DNA from: Vicinamibacterales bacterium
Lineage (GTDB): Bacteria; Acidobacteriota; Vicinamibacteria; Vicinamibacterales; JAMQPK01
Direction of reading: 5' to 3'
DNA length: 64,000 nt
NCBI GenBank assembly: GCA_963730445.1
Contig: CAVSRX010000020.1
Span: 13,536-77,535, forward strand
Each line of letters opens with the position of its first letter. The stretch's first letter is position 1. The position numbers were made by a program, and so were the translations under genes. Below, piece after piece: positions 30,276-39,008 of this stretch. The notes under the pieces were generated by a model. It worked only from the letters and a program-made list of their open reading frames with translations. It did not search any database and was not told the origin of the DNA.

Positions 30276-32041
30276 AGCTCAGACACTGCCTCATCCTCGC
30301 CGGCGTGTTGCTCACCGCCGTCACTCACGCACAAAAACCGGCAGAGCCCAACACCGCCGGTGTCGCGATGCACGCGCTGTTCGATCGCGAATGGGAGTGG
30401 GAGCTCACGCAGGATCCGCTGTGGGCGTCGTACCTCGGCGACCGCCGATGGAACGACCGCTGGGAGGACATCAGCCTGAGCGCGCTCGCCGCCCGACAGG
30501 CGCACCGGGAATCGGTCCTGAAAGATCTCGCGGCGATCCCGCGCGCTCAGCTCTCGCCTGCCGACCGCCTCAACTACGACCTGTTCCGCCATCAGTATCA
30601 GATGGTGGTCGAGGGCTTTCAGCATCGGCAGCACCTGATTCGCACATCGACGCTGAGCGGCGTGCAAGGCACGGAGTTCATCGTCGACTCGCTGCGCTTT
30701 CAGACCGTCAAGGACTTCGACGACTGGCTCGCGCGGCTCGACGCGTTCCCCGCGCTCATGGATCAGAACATCGCGCTGATGCGCGAGGGCATGAAGACCA
30801 ACGTGCTGCTGCCGAAGATCATCGCCGAGCGCGTGCGCCCGCAGATCGCGCAGCTGGCCACGCAGCCGCCCGACCAGAGCGGCTACTACCGCCCGTTCCG
30901 CACCATTCCTGCCTCGCTGCCTGAGGCCGATCGCGAGCGCCTCGCGAAGGCAGGTGTCGAGCGCGTCCGCTCGCGCGTGCAGCCGGCCTTTGCGAAGCTG
31001 CTCGAGTTCATGGACCGCGAGTACCTGAAGGCGTCCTACGACGGCGTCGGCTGGTGGCGCACGAGCAGCGGGCTCGCGGGCTATCGCTACTTCGCGAAAT
31101 ACCACACGACGACCGATCTCGCGCCGCAGGAGATTCACGCGCTCGGGCTGAAGGAAGTGGCGCGCATCCGCGCCGAGATGGAGACGATCAAGAAGCAGGT
31201 CGGCTTCACTGGCACGCTCGAACAGTTCTTCACGCACCTGCGGACCGATCCGAAGTTCTTCTACAAGACCGGCGAAGAGCTGCTCGACGGCTATCGCGCC
31301 GTCGCAAAGCGGATCGATCCCGAGCTCATCAAGATCAGCCGCAAGCTGCCGCGCACGCCGTACGGCGTCATCCAGATTCCCGACGCCATCGCGCCGATGT
31401 CGCCGACGGCGTTCGCCAACGGCGGCGCGCCCGACGGGTCGCGGCCGGCGTATTTCTTCGCAAACCTCTACAAGCCCGAGACGCGCCCGAAGTGGGAAAT
31501 GATGGCGCTGACGCTGCATGAAGCGATGCCGGGACATTGCCTGCAGATTTCTACCGCGCAGGAACTGGGCGACCTGCCGAACTTCCGCCGCCATGCGTTC
31601 TTCACGGCGTACGTCGAAGGATGGGGCCTCTACGCCGAATCGCTCGGCGAAGACATGGGTCTCTACAAAGACGATCCGTACTCGAAGTTCGGACAGCTCA
31701 CCTACGAGATGTGGCGCGCCGTGCGCCTCGTCGTCGACACCGGCATCCACGCCATGGAGTGGGAGCGCGAGCGCGCCATCAAGTACTTCATGGAGAACGC
31801 CGCGAAAACCGAGAACGACGTCACGACCGAGATCGATCGCTACATCTCGGTACCAGGCCAGGCGCTGGCGTACAAGATTGGCGAGTTGAAGATCAAGGAG
31901 ATGCGCCGGCGATCGGAAAAGGCGCTCGGCGAGAAGTTCGATCTCCGCGACTTCAACGACGTGGTGCTGCAGTCAGGCGCGGTGCCGCTGAACATCCTCG
32001 AAGACCGCGTCAACGAGTGGCTTAAGGCTGATCGACAATAA
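30272..32041 (+). CDS. DUF885-family secreted protein (metallopeptidase-like)
   Basis: 589 aa and intact, with a signal peptide. HEAMPGHCLQ motif and RYISVPGQALAYKIGELKI, both typical of DUF885. ATGA overlap with the upstream gene. Confidence 0.85.
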   Translation: MKLRHCLILAGVLLTAVTHAQKPAEPNTAGVAMHALFDREWEWELTQDPLWASYLGDRRWNDRWEDISLSALAARQAHRESVLKDLAAIPRAQLSPADRLNYDLFRHQYQMVVEGFQHRQHLIRTSTLSGVQGTEFIVDSLRFQTVKDFDDWLARLDAFPALMDQNIALMREGMKTNVLLPKIIAERVRPQIAQLATQPPDQSGYYRPFRTIPASLPEADRERLAKAGVERVRSRVQPAFAKLLEFMDREYLKASYDGVGWWRTSSGLAGYRYFAKYHTTTDLAPQEIHALGLKEVARIRAEMETIKKQVGFTGTLEQFFTHLRTDPKFFYKTGEELLDGYRAVAKRIDPELIKISRKLPRTPYGVIQIPDAIAPMSPTAFANGGAPDGSRPAYFFANLYKPETRPKWEMMALTLHEAMPGHCLQISTAQELGDLPNFRRHAFFTAYVEGWGLYAESLGEDMGLYKDDPYSKFGQLTYEMWRAVRLVVDTGIHAMEWERERAIKYFMENAAKTENDVTTEIDRYISVPGQALAYKIGELKIKEMRRRSEKALGEKFDLRDFNDVVLQSGAVPLNILEDRVNEWLKADRQ

Positions 32042-32152
32042 CGAAGAACAACGAAGACGAAGAACGAAAACCGAATAAAGCACCGGTATCACGCATACCC
32101 ACAACGCAGCGGGATGCTTTCTATTCGTTTTTCGTTTTTCGCTTTTCGTTGT
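32042..32152. repeat. ~110-bp palindromic element built from GAAGAAC-type heptamers (copy A)
   Basis: The arm cgaagaacaacgaagacgaagaacgaaaaccgaataaag, a ~35-nt loop ending gcagcggga, and the complementary arm ctttctattcgtttttcgtttttcgcttttcgttg. Exactly fills the gap between the DUF885 stop and the VWA stop. Confidence 0.8.
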
Positions 32153-34239
32153 CACGGCACTACTCTGAACGCCGACAGTGTCCGTTCAGATCCGGCGTTC
32201 GTCTCCACGATGTACTCGCCCGGTGCGAGCGGCGCGAGTGTAATTTCCACGCGCCGCCAACGCGTCCCATCCGCATCGTCGCGAATCGTCGCAGTCACCG
32301 GCACGTTCAAAGGGACTCCGGTGCGCCCGAGCAGACGCGCTGTGATATCTCCGCCGAGCGACGCGGGTGTCTCGACGATAATCCGTTCCGTGCGGCGGAA
32401 CCGCTGATCGGCCGTCGGAATTTCGCGAGGGCCGAAGCGCCTGAAGAACAACGTACCGGTACCGAGTGGATTTGCCTGGAGCGTGAAGAGGAACGACTCC
32501 GTCGATCCGAGCGCCGCCGTGCCCTTCGTGCGAACCAGCACTTTGTAATCGCCGGGCTCGAGCGGTGCCGCCGGCGTGATGGCAATCTGCGCCGCGAACG
32601 TGCCCGGATCGAGCGACGCGCTTCCCTTTGCGATCGGCTTCCCTTCCGCGTTCAGCAGCGTGGCATCCACCTGTCCACCCTTGCTCCAATCGTCGCCGCT
32701 CGCCCTGCTGCGCGGCACTTCCACAACGGTGCGAACGATCGCCGCGCGTCCCGATGTCCACGCCGCCGCTGCCTGCACTCGTAGTGGAAGCTCGCGCGAA
32801 AACGCCGACAGCGGCGACAGGGCGTGTGCGAGCACCTTGGCCTCAGCCGTATCCACAGAGCTGGTAGGTGTTGACGGCTTGGCGGTCTCGACCGCCTTCG
32901 CGGCGAGATATCCGGCTCGCGCACGGACCCGCACACCCGGACGCTTTACCCGAACGGTGATCTTGTGAAATTTTCCATCCGCATCCGCGTTGGAGTAGTA
33001 CCCGACCAGGTAATAGGAGCTGAGATCGTTGACGATGCGGCGGATCCCGTTTTCCATATACGCAGGCTGCACGATCGCCTGACCGTCGGTGATGTCGGCC
33101 ATCATCTGCAGCGATCGACGGCGGTCGCCGAGCGGCGCGTACGCCGCAGAAAACGCGCCCGGGCCAATCGGGTAGAACGACACGTTCGCGCGGTTCGCGC
33201 CCTGCATAATCTCGATGAACCGCTTCTCATTGCTCAGCTCTGACAGCGCGTAGCGATCGACCTCGCACGCGGCCCGGTCGACGGTCTTCATTCCATCGTT
33301 GGTGATCAGCACCGAGTTCGGATCCTTGACTGTCGGGCGACCAGTAATTGGATCGGTGCCCGCCTTCGGAATCGGAATGAACACATTCGCCGGTTCTTTC
33401 TCATCTTGCGTTGGTGTCAGGAGCGGCTTTCTGAGGTTCGGCGCAGGTCCGTACAAAGGCCATCCATCGGTGAGCGTGATGACCGCCTTCCGTTCTTCGC
33501 GGAGCCCGCGTAAAAACACCACAAGGTCCTCGAGCGCGTCGAGCACGAGCACTTCGCGCCGCCGCGCGACCATCGTCTTCGCCATCCACTCACCATCGAT
33601 GATGGGCGGGGCGTAGCAGTGGTCGTAACGCGCCTCGACCAGATCTTTCGTGCCCGGCCAGCCTTCCTGCCCCCAGTGCGGCGTGAGCATCGCCTCGATG
33701 CTGCCGGTGCGCCGCGTGAACGTCAAACCGCGCGCCGACATCTCGGGCGTCATGATGGCGACGAGGTCATCGCCCCCGATGAGGGCGTTCAACATGTCGA
33801 TCATGGGCCGCCGCACCTGAAGCGATCCCGCAACATCGACGTGTTTCGGATCCAAGAACAGCACGAAGACCCGCGCGCGGGGATCCTGCGCCGCGCGCCG
33901 CATCTCCTCCAGCGTCGACGGCTCGCGTCGCGTCTGCGGGCGCGAACCCGCGACGGAGACATGCTCGAACTGCACGATCTTCTGGGGCACGCCGTCTTCA
34001 AGGACTTCAATCTCGGACTCGTTCAGATCGAGCACGGGCATGTCGCCAGACGAGGGATACATGTCGACGCGGACGTAGTTGACCTCGGTCGTGAAGGGGC
34101 GCGGCTGAGAGGGATCTTGTGCACTCAGCAACGAAGAACGAAAATCGAAAAACGAATAGAGTCCCGCTGTCACGCAGACCAACAGCGCCGCACGCGTGAC
34201 ACTATTCGCTTTTCGTTCTTCGTTCTTCGTTTTCCTCAT
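32152..34239 (-). CDS. VWA-domain protein (acidobacterial VWFA-related, TIGR03436-like)
   Basis: 695 aa and intact. FTTEVNYVRVDMYPSSGDMPVLDLNESEIEVLEDGVPQKIVQFEHV followed by a VWA core (VFVLFLDPKHV...). The first ~37 codons are encoded by repeat copy B. Confidence 0.85.
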   Translation of the reverse strand: MRKTKNEERKANSVTRAALLVCVTAGLYSFFDFRSSLLSAQDPSQPRPFTTEVNYVRVDMYPSSGDMPVLDLNESEIEVLEDGVPQKIVQFEHVSVAGSRPQTRREPSTLEEMRRAAQDPRARVFVLFLDPKHVDVAGSLQVRRPMIDMLNALIGGDDLVAIMTPEMSARGLTFTRRTGSIEAMLTPHWGQEGWPGTKDLVEARYDHCYAPPIIDGEWMAKTMVARRREVLVLDALEDLVVFLRGLREERKAVITLTDGWPLYGPAPNLRKPLLTPTQDEKEPANVFIPIPKAGTDPITGRPTVKDPNSVLITNDGMKTVDRAACEVDRYALSELSNEKRFIEIMQGANRANVSFYPIGPGAFSAAYAPLGDRRRSLQMMADITDGQAIVQPAYMENGIRRIVNDLSSYYLVGYYSNADADGKFHKITVRVKRPGVRVRARAGYLAAKAVETAKPSTPTSSVDTAEAKVLAHALSPLSAFSRELPLRVQAAAAWTSGRAAIVRTVVEVPRSRASGDDWSKGGQVDATLLNAEGKPIAKGSASLDPGTFAAQIAITPAAPLEPGDYKVLVRTKGTAALGSTESFLFTLQANPLGTGTLFFRRFGPREIPTADQRFRRTERIIVETPASLGGDITARLLGRTGVPLNVPVTATIRDDADGTRWRRVEITLAPLAPGEYIVETNAGSERTLSAFRVVP

Positions 34240-34256
34240 GTTTCGTTTTCCTCATG
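34129..34256. repeat. palindromic GAAGAAC-heptamer element (copy B, inverted relative to copy A) plus 15-nt tandem duplication
   Basis: caacgaagaacgaaaatcgaaaaacgaatagag - loop beginning tcccgctg - cactattcgcttttcgttcttcgttcttcg. This is followed by ttcgttttcctcatg x2 (34226-34256), which carries both divergent start codons. Confidence 0.8.
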
Positions 34257-34961
34257 GCAGACAAGGGCCAGTTTACACTGGGACCCATGAAACCCTGGGA
34301 AGTGCTGGGCGAAACGCAGACGCCCGATGGCACTGCGATGGCGCTGACAAGGCGCGACCGCGAGTACGTCATTCTGGCCAATGGCAAGAGCCTGATGTCG
34401 AGCCTTATGCACGGATCGGAAGAGGCGCTCGCGACAATGGCGTGTCCGCACCTCCGCACGGTCGAGGAACCGAGCGTGCTCATCGGCGGGCTCGGCATGG
34501 GCTTCACGCTTCGCGCCACGCTCGACCTGCTGCCCGCGGATGCCGTGGTCACGGTCGCAGAGCTCGTTCCCGCTGTGGTGGAATGGAATCGCGGGCCGCT
34601 CGGTCCGCTGGCCGGCCAGCCGCTCAAGGACAAGCGCGTGCGTGTCGTGGTCGGCGACGTCAACGGCGTAATCGCGTCGAGCCGCCAACAATTCGACGCG
34701 ATCCTGCTCGACGTCGATAACGGCCCTGCCCCGTTTACCGCCGACGCAAATGCCGGCCTCTATGACGACCGTGGATTAGCGGCCGCGCGATCGGCGCTGA
34801 AGGAAAACGGCGTGCTGGCGATCTGGTCGGCGTGGGACAACCGGAAGTTCGTGCAGCGCCTTCGCTATGCGAAGTTCGACGTCACCGTCGAGCACGTCCG
34901 CGGCCGCCTCAAAAAAGGCGGCCCGCACCACACTATTTTCCTGGCGCGCGCATCTGCCTGA
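34254..34961 (+). CDS. spermidine synthase-like methyltransferase-fold protein
   Basis: MKPWEVLGETQTPDGTAMALTRRDREYVILANGKSLMSS...VLIGGLGMGFTLRATLD...DAILLDVDNGP. An alternative and probably better start is Met12 at 34287. Confidence 0.7.
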   Translation: MADKGQFTLGPMKPWEVLGETQTPDGTAMALTRRDREYVILANGKSLMSSLMHGSEEALATMACPHLRTVEEPSVLIGGLGMGFTLRATLDLLPADAVVTVAELVPAVVEWNRGPLGPLAGQPLKDKRVRVVVGDVNGVIASSRQQFDAILLDVDNGPAPFTADANAGLYDDRGLAAARSALKENGVLAIWSAWDNRKFVQRLRYAKFDVTVEHVRGRLKKGGPHHTIFLARASA

Positions 34962-35385
34962 AGAGCTCGTACATCACGACGCCGCCCGCGGTCGCGACGT
35001 TCAGCGAGCGCTTGGTGCCGACCATCGGGATGCGCACGCGCGTGTCGCATCGCTGCACGATATCCGCAGGCAGGCCATCGACTTCGTGACCGAAGACGAC
35101 GAGCACAGGGAATCGGGGCTGCCACTCGAACAGATCGACGCTCGCGTCCACCGTCTCAATCGCAGCTGTTTCCCATCCCGCGCGGCGGCGGTCGTCGATC
35201 ACAGCGAGCGGCTCGGCGCGCTCCCACGAAACGCTCTGCTCGGAGCCGAGCGCGGTCTTCGCGATTTGCCGCGACGGCGGCGACCCCGTGAAGCCGGACA
35301 GATACAGGCGTGACAGCCCCACAGCGTCGGCGGTTCGAAAGAACGCGCCGACGTTGTAGAGGCTGCGCACGTTGTGAAGTAGCAC
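34933..35385 (-). CDS. SpoU/TrmH-family RNA 2'-O-methyltransferase
   Basis: LLHNVRSLYNVGAFFRTADAVG...VLVVFGHEVDGLP...RIPMVGTKRSLNVATAGGVVMYE. GTG start. Confidence 0.8.
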   Translation of the reverse strand: MLLHNVRSLYNVGAFFRTADAVGLSRLYLSGFTGSPPSRQIAKTALGSEQSVSWERAEPLAVIDDRRRAGWETAAIETVDASVDLFEWQPRFPVLVVFGHEVDGLPADIVQRCDTRVRIPMVGTKRSLNVATAGGVVMYELFRQMRAPGK

Positions 35386-35416
35386 CTCTACGATGGGTCA
35401 CACCTTTTCGATGATG

Positions 35417-36485
35417 TCAGACAGAAACGGAGATGACGGTCTTGATGACCGCCGGGTCCTCTGCGAATTCAGGAAAGCGCTGCGGAGTATCGACAAGGTC
35501 GAAGCGGTGGGTAATCCACGGCGCAGTATCGATGCGGCCGGCCTCGATGAGCGCGATAATCTCGCGGAAGTTGCCGGGCAGCGCGTTTCGGCTGGCGAGG
35601 AGCGACAGCTCGCGGCGGTGGAAGTTTGGGTCGTGGAAACTGACCTCGCCCTGAAACAGTCCAACGAACACGATGCGTCCGCCTTGCGCCGGCAGTTCGA
35701 AAGCGCCTTCCATGGACGCGGCATTGCCGGTGGCGTCGAGCACGATCGTGGGCAGATCGCCGCCCCCGATGCCGCGAAGCTGTTCCGTGACGTCAACCCC
35801 GCCGGCCAGCGTGTGCGTGACTCCGAGATGCCTCCGGCAGAAGTCGAGGCGCGATGCCTTTACGTCCATGACGGCCAGCGTGGCGTCATGCAGCTGCGCG
35901 AACTGGATCACGCTGAGGCCAATGGGACCTGCGCCGATGACGAGCACGAAGTCATCTCGCGTGATGCTCGCGCGCTCCACGGCATGGGCACCGATCGCAA
36001 GCGTCTCGACCAGCGCCAGTTGGTCATACGCGAGCGAGCCGGAGCGGTGGAGCTTCCGCGCAGGCACGGCCATCTGCAGACGCATGCCGCCGTCAATGTG
36101 CACGCCCAGCACCTTGAGATCGGCGCAGCAATTCGATCTTCCGCCGCGGCACGCAAGACAGCGCCCGCAATTGATGTACGGCTCGACCGCGCAGCGGTCG
36201 CCGGTCTTGAGCCCATGCGGGTCGCTGCCGGGATCGAGGATCTCGACGCCGAGCTCGTGACCCGAGGATGCGCGGGTAGTTGAAAAACGGCTGCCGTCCA
36301 GCGAAGGCGTGGAGGTCGGTGCCGCAGACGCCGATGCGATGCACGCGCACCAGCGCCTCGCCCGGCTGTGCGGATGGCGCGGGCACGTCCGTGGCAATAA
36401 AGTGACCCGGTCGTTCGAGAGCGATCTGCTTCAACGACGGCCGTCCGTTACCGTTGCGGGATAAGTATTGGCATGGGGCTTCCAA
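35417..36485 (-). CDS. Zn-dependent alcohol/threonine-type dehydrogenase (MDR family), one apparent frameshift
   Basis: The N-terminal piece EALVRVHRIGVCGTDLHAFAGRQPFFNYPRILG (ORF 36093..36485) joins HELGVEILDPG...CGRCLACRGGRSNCC...VLVIGAGPIGL (ORF 35417..36397). Shift at ~36270. Confidence 0.8.
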
Positions 36486-36487
36486 GT

Positions 36488-37240
36488 CTACATCGCGTCG
36501 AACACGGCGACCACGGCTCCGTGATCGCTCGTGCCGAACTCACGTTGAACGGCGCATGAGACGGTCGTGTCGGCGAGCGCGCGGCTCGCGAGCACCATGT
36601 CGAGGCGCCAGCCGATGTTGCGCTCGCGCATCTTCCTCCACGGCGCCCACCAGGTGAAGATCTCGGCGTTCTCCGGCTCCATCTTGCGATGCACGTCGAC
36701 GAGCCCGTGCCCGATGATGCGCTCGACGAGCGCGCGCTCGTCGGGCCGCTGACCGATGACGCCCGGCTTCCGTTCCTTGGGATGGACGTCCATGTCGGTT
36801 CGCGCGACGTTGAAATCGCCGCACAAGACCAGCGGCCGACCCGACGCTGCGTAATCGGCCGCGAACAGCTCGAGCGAATCGAGGAACCGCATCTTCGCCG
36901 GAAAGTCCTTGCCGCCGTTCGGCACGTAAATCGACGCGATGGTAAATGCAGGCAGCTCGGCGATGACGATGCGGTGCTCGTAGTCGAATTGCGGATGCTG
37001 AAAGACAGGCTCGGTGGGAAATGCGTCCTTGCGCACGTGCAGACCAACGCCCGAATATCCTTTGCCGCCGTGCCAGTAGCACCAGTAGCCCTCGAGCTGG
37101 CACAACCAGACCGGCAGCTGCTCCAACGAGGCTTTCAACTCCTGCAGGCAGAGAACGTCCGGGCGCTCGCGCTCGATGAACTCCTGGAGCTGCGCGTCGC
37201 GCGCACGGATCCCATTCACGTTCCACGTGGCGATCTTCAT
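36488..37240 (-). CDS. xthA: exodeoxyribonuclease III
   Basis: MKIATWNVNGIRARDAQLQEFIERERPDVLCLQELK...LCGDFNVARTDMDVH...RLDMVLAS...GTSDHGAVVAVF. Starts at an internal Met of ORF 36488..37420. Confidence 0.9.
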   Translation of the reverse strand: MKIATWNVNGIRARDAQLQEFIERERPDVLCLQELKASLEQLPVWLCQLEGYWCYWHGGKGYSGVGLHVRKDAFPTEPVFQHPQFDYEHRIVIAELPAFTIASIYVPNGGKDFPAKMRFLDSLELFAADYAASGRPLVLCGDFNVARTDMDVHPKERKPGVIGQRPDERALVERIIGHGLVDVHRKMEPENAEIFTWWAPWRKMRERNIGWRLDMVLASRALADTTVSCAVQREFGTSDHGAVVAVFDAM

Positions 37241-37287
37241 CCCTATTACTTTACTGATTCGCGGAAGGTTGTTGCTGCCGGAGACCG

Positions 37288-37758
37288 CTAGACGACGTCT
37301 GGATCGTGCGAATCGCTCTTTCGACGATTGTGGAGGACGCGTTCGACCGGACTGATCATGAGCACGAGCAATCCAAGTGTGCAGGAGGCGGCCACCAGGG
37401 GCCATTGCGCCAACCCACACGCGATACCCGTGGCGGCGGCGAGCCAGATTGAGGCGGCGGTCGTGAGGCCACGGACCGATTCCTCGCCCGTGCCCGTGCC
37501 CCGCAAAATCGATCCGGCGCCGAGGAATCCGACGCCGGTCACGATGCCTTGAATGACGCGTGACGTGCCATCCGTCGAGAGGCCGCGCGTGGGATCGACT
37601 GTTTCGAGGATGAAGACCGCCGAACCGAGTGCCACGAGGGCCAGAGTCCGCAGGCCCGCCGGCTTCCGGCGAAGCTCGCGATCCAGTCCAATCAGCGCGC
37701 CTGCGCCCACTGCTGCTACCAGACGAAGAAACACCTGGCCAAAATCCAGTGAACTCAC
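37288..37758 (-). CDS. MgtC/SapB-family membrane protein
   Basis: LRLVAAVGAGALIGLDRELRRKPAGLRTLALVALGSAVF...GIVTGVGFLGAGSIL...GLTTAASIWLAAATGIACG. Confidence 0.8.
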   Translation of the reverse strand: MSSLDFGQVFLRLVAAVGAGALIGLDRELRRKPAGLRTLALVALGSAVFILETVDPTRGLSTDGTSRVIQGIVTGVGFLGAGSILRGTGTGEESVRGLTTAASIWLAAATGIACGLAQWPLVAASCTLGLLVLMISPVERVLHNRRKSDSHDPDVV

Positions 37759-37808
37759 GATCGGGTTATCGGCTGTTGATCTGGGGAAATTTAGTGCAAG
37801 CTGACGTC

Positions 37809-38099
37809 ATGTTCGTCATCGAACTGGTCTACAAAGCCGAGCTCACTGCCATCGACGCGCATATGGCCGCGCATGTGAAGTTCCTGAAGAAGTACTACGC
37901 CTCAGGCAATTTCCTGATCTCGGGCCGCAAGATACCTCGAGACGGCGGGATCATCCTTGCGGTCGGCAAGAGCCGCAACGAGATCGACGCCATCGTCCGT
38001 GAAGATCCCTTCCACGTGCACGGCCTCGCCGAGTTTCGAATCATCGAATTCAGAGCCAGTCAGCGCGCAGACGACATCCAAAAGCGGATTGAATCTTAG
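37809..38099 (+). CDS. YciI-like protein
   Basis: MFVIELVYKAELTAIDAHMAAHVKFLKKYYASGNFLISGRKIPRDGGIILAVGKSRNEIDAIVREDPFHVHGLAEFRIIEF. Starts at an internal ATG of ORF 37629..38099. Confidence 0.75.
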   Translation: MFVIELVYKAELTAIDAHMAAHVKFLKKYYASGNFLISGRKIPRDGGIILAVGKSRNEIDAIVREDPFHVHGLAEFRIIEFRASQRADDIQKRIES

Positions 38100-38791
38100 A
38101 ACTGCTCGATGGGCGCCGGAGACGGAGTGGGATCTGGCGTCGGCACGATTGCGTCCGACACGGCCGGCGACGAGTCGACATTGGCAGCGCTCGTCTCGAC
38201 CTCATTGCGGGGCACGACATGCGTCACCGGAATCGGCTGAACCGGCGATGTGAGCGTTTCTGACGGCACAGCGGCGGCCGGCCGGCGAGCAGATCGAACA
38301 GGAGTGTCGGCTGGAGTGGCCGGCGCGCATGGCGGCGGCGCAAACGCAGCGGGCTCGGCGCGATCCATTGCGCTCGCGACGGCAACTGGCGGGGAGACGG
38401 GCGCCGGCGCAGGCGAGACAAAGCCGGAATAAAACGGCGATGCAAAGCCGGAATAAAACATCGTGCACGCCGCCATGAACGCGAGCACGAAAAACAACGA
38501 TCTCGACGAGGATGATTCCCGGATCGGAATGGTTGTGGCCGGCGCTTCAACAGCAACCTCTTCGATTTCGCCGAGGTGTACGTTGCCGAGCAAAGCGTCG
38601 GCGTCAACGCCGACTTCTTTCGCGTACGCACGCACGAACGCTCGTGTGAAAAAGGCTTGAGGGAGATGATCGCTATCGTTCCGCTCGATCGCATCGAGGA
38701 GGTGAACCGGAATCTTGGTTGTGCGCGAGATATCGGCGAGCGTCAGATTCTGGCGCTCGCGGGCCTCAGAGAGTTGCCGGCCGACTTTCAT
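38096..38791 (-). CDS. HTH-domain membrane protein (RodZ-like)
   Basis: N-terminal Xre-type HTH LSEARERQNLTLADISRTTKIPVHLLDAIERND...FFTRAFVRAYAKEVG, one TM helix, and a Pro/Ala-rich tail. Contains an internal duplication FYSGFASP/FYSGFVSP. Confidence 0.65.
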   Translation of the reverse strand: MKVGRQLSEARERQNLTLADISRTTKIPVHLLDAIERNDSDHLPQAFFTRAFVRAYAKEVGVDADALLGNVHLGEIEEVAVEAPATTIPIRESSSSRSLFFVLAFMAACTMFYSGFASPFYSGFVSPAPAPVSPPVAVASAMDRAEPAAFAPPPCAPATPADTPVRSARRPAAAVPSETLTSPVQPIPVTHVVPRNEVETSAANVDSSPAVSDAIVPTPDPTPSPAPIEQF

Positions 38792-38892
38792 GCGCGCCTT
38801 CCGAGCAAAATTACTGCCAGCCCAGAATGAACGAGTTAGCAGTCGTGGCTAGTCGTAAAACACGACATCCGGTAGTTTTTCCCCGTCAGTTC

Positions 38893-38924
38893 GGGGCGAA
38901 TTACAAATTGGGGCGAATTACAAA
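38893..38924. repeat. tandem direct repeat GGGGCGAATTACAAA x2 (17-nt period)
   Basis: ggggcgaattacaaa tt ggggcgaattacaaa, about 100 nt upstream of the RodZ-like start. Confidence 0.7.
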
Positions 38925-38938
38925 AAGGAAATCGTCGC

Positions 38939-38980
38939 CTAAAAGAAAACGGCCAGGGACGATGTGCCGTCCCTGGCCGT
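38939..38980 (-). terminator. rho-independent terminator of the TonB-dependent-receptor-like gene
   Basis: On the - strand: ACGGCCAGGGA-cggcacatcg-TCCCTGGCCGT followed by TTTTCTTTT. Confidence 0.65.
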
Positions 38981-38983
38981 TGA

Positions 38984-39007
38984 CCTTCGTGTCTTCGTGC
39001 CTTCGTG
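38984..39007. repeat. YCTTCGTG 8-mer array (3 units)
   Basis: ccttcgtg tcttcgtg ccttcgtg. Lies between the stop codon at 39009 and the terminator hairpin. Confidence 0.7.
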
Positions 39008-39008
39008 G

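Noticed and set aside
30257-31750. 497-aa ORF on the - strand
   Set aside because: It is antisense to the intact DUF885 gene, with shadow-frame composition.
31973-32155. 60-aa ORF with a signal-peptide-like sequence
   Set aside because: It is a translation of palindromic repeat copy A. It runs straight into the antisense of the DUF885 C-terminus, with no mature domain behind it.
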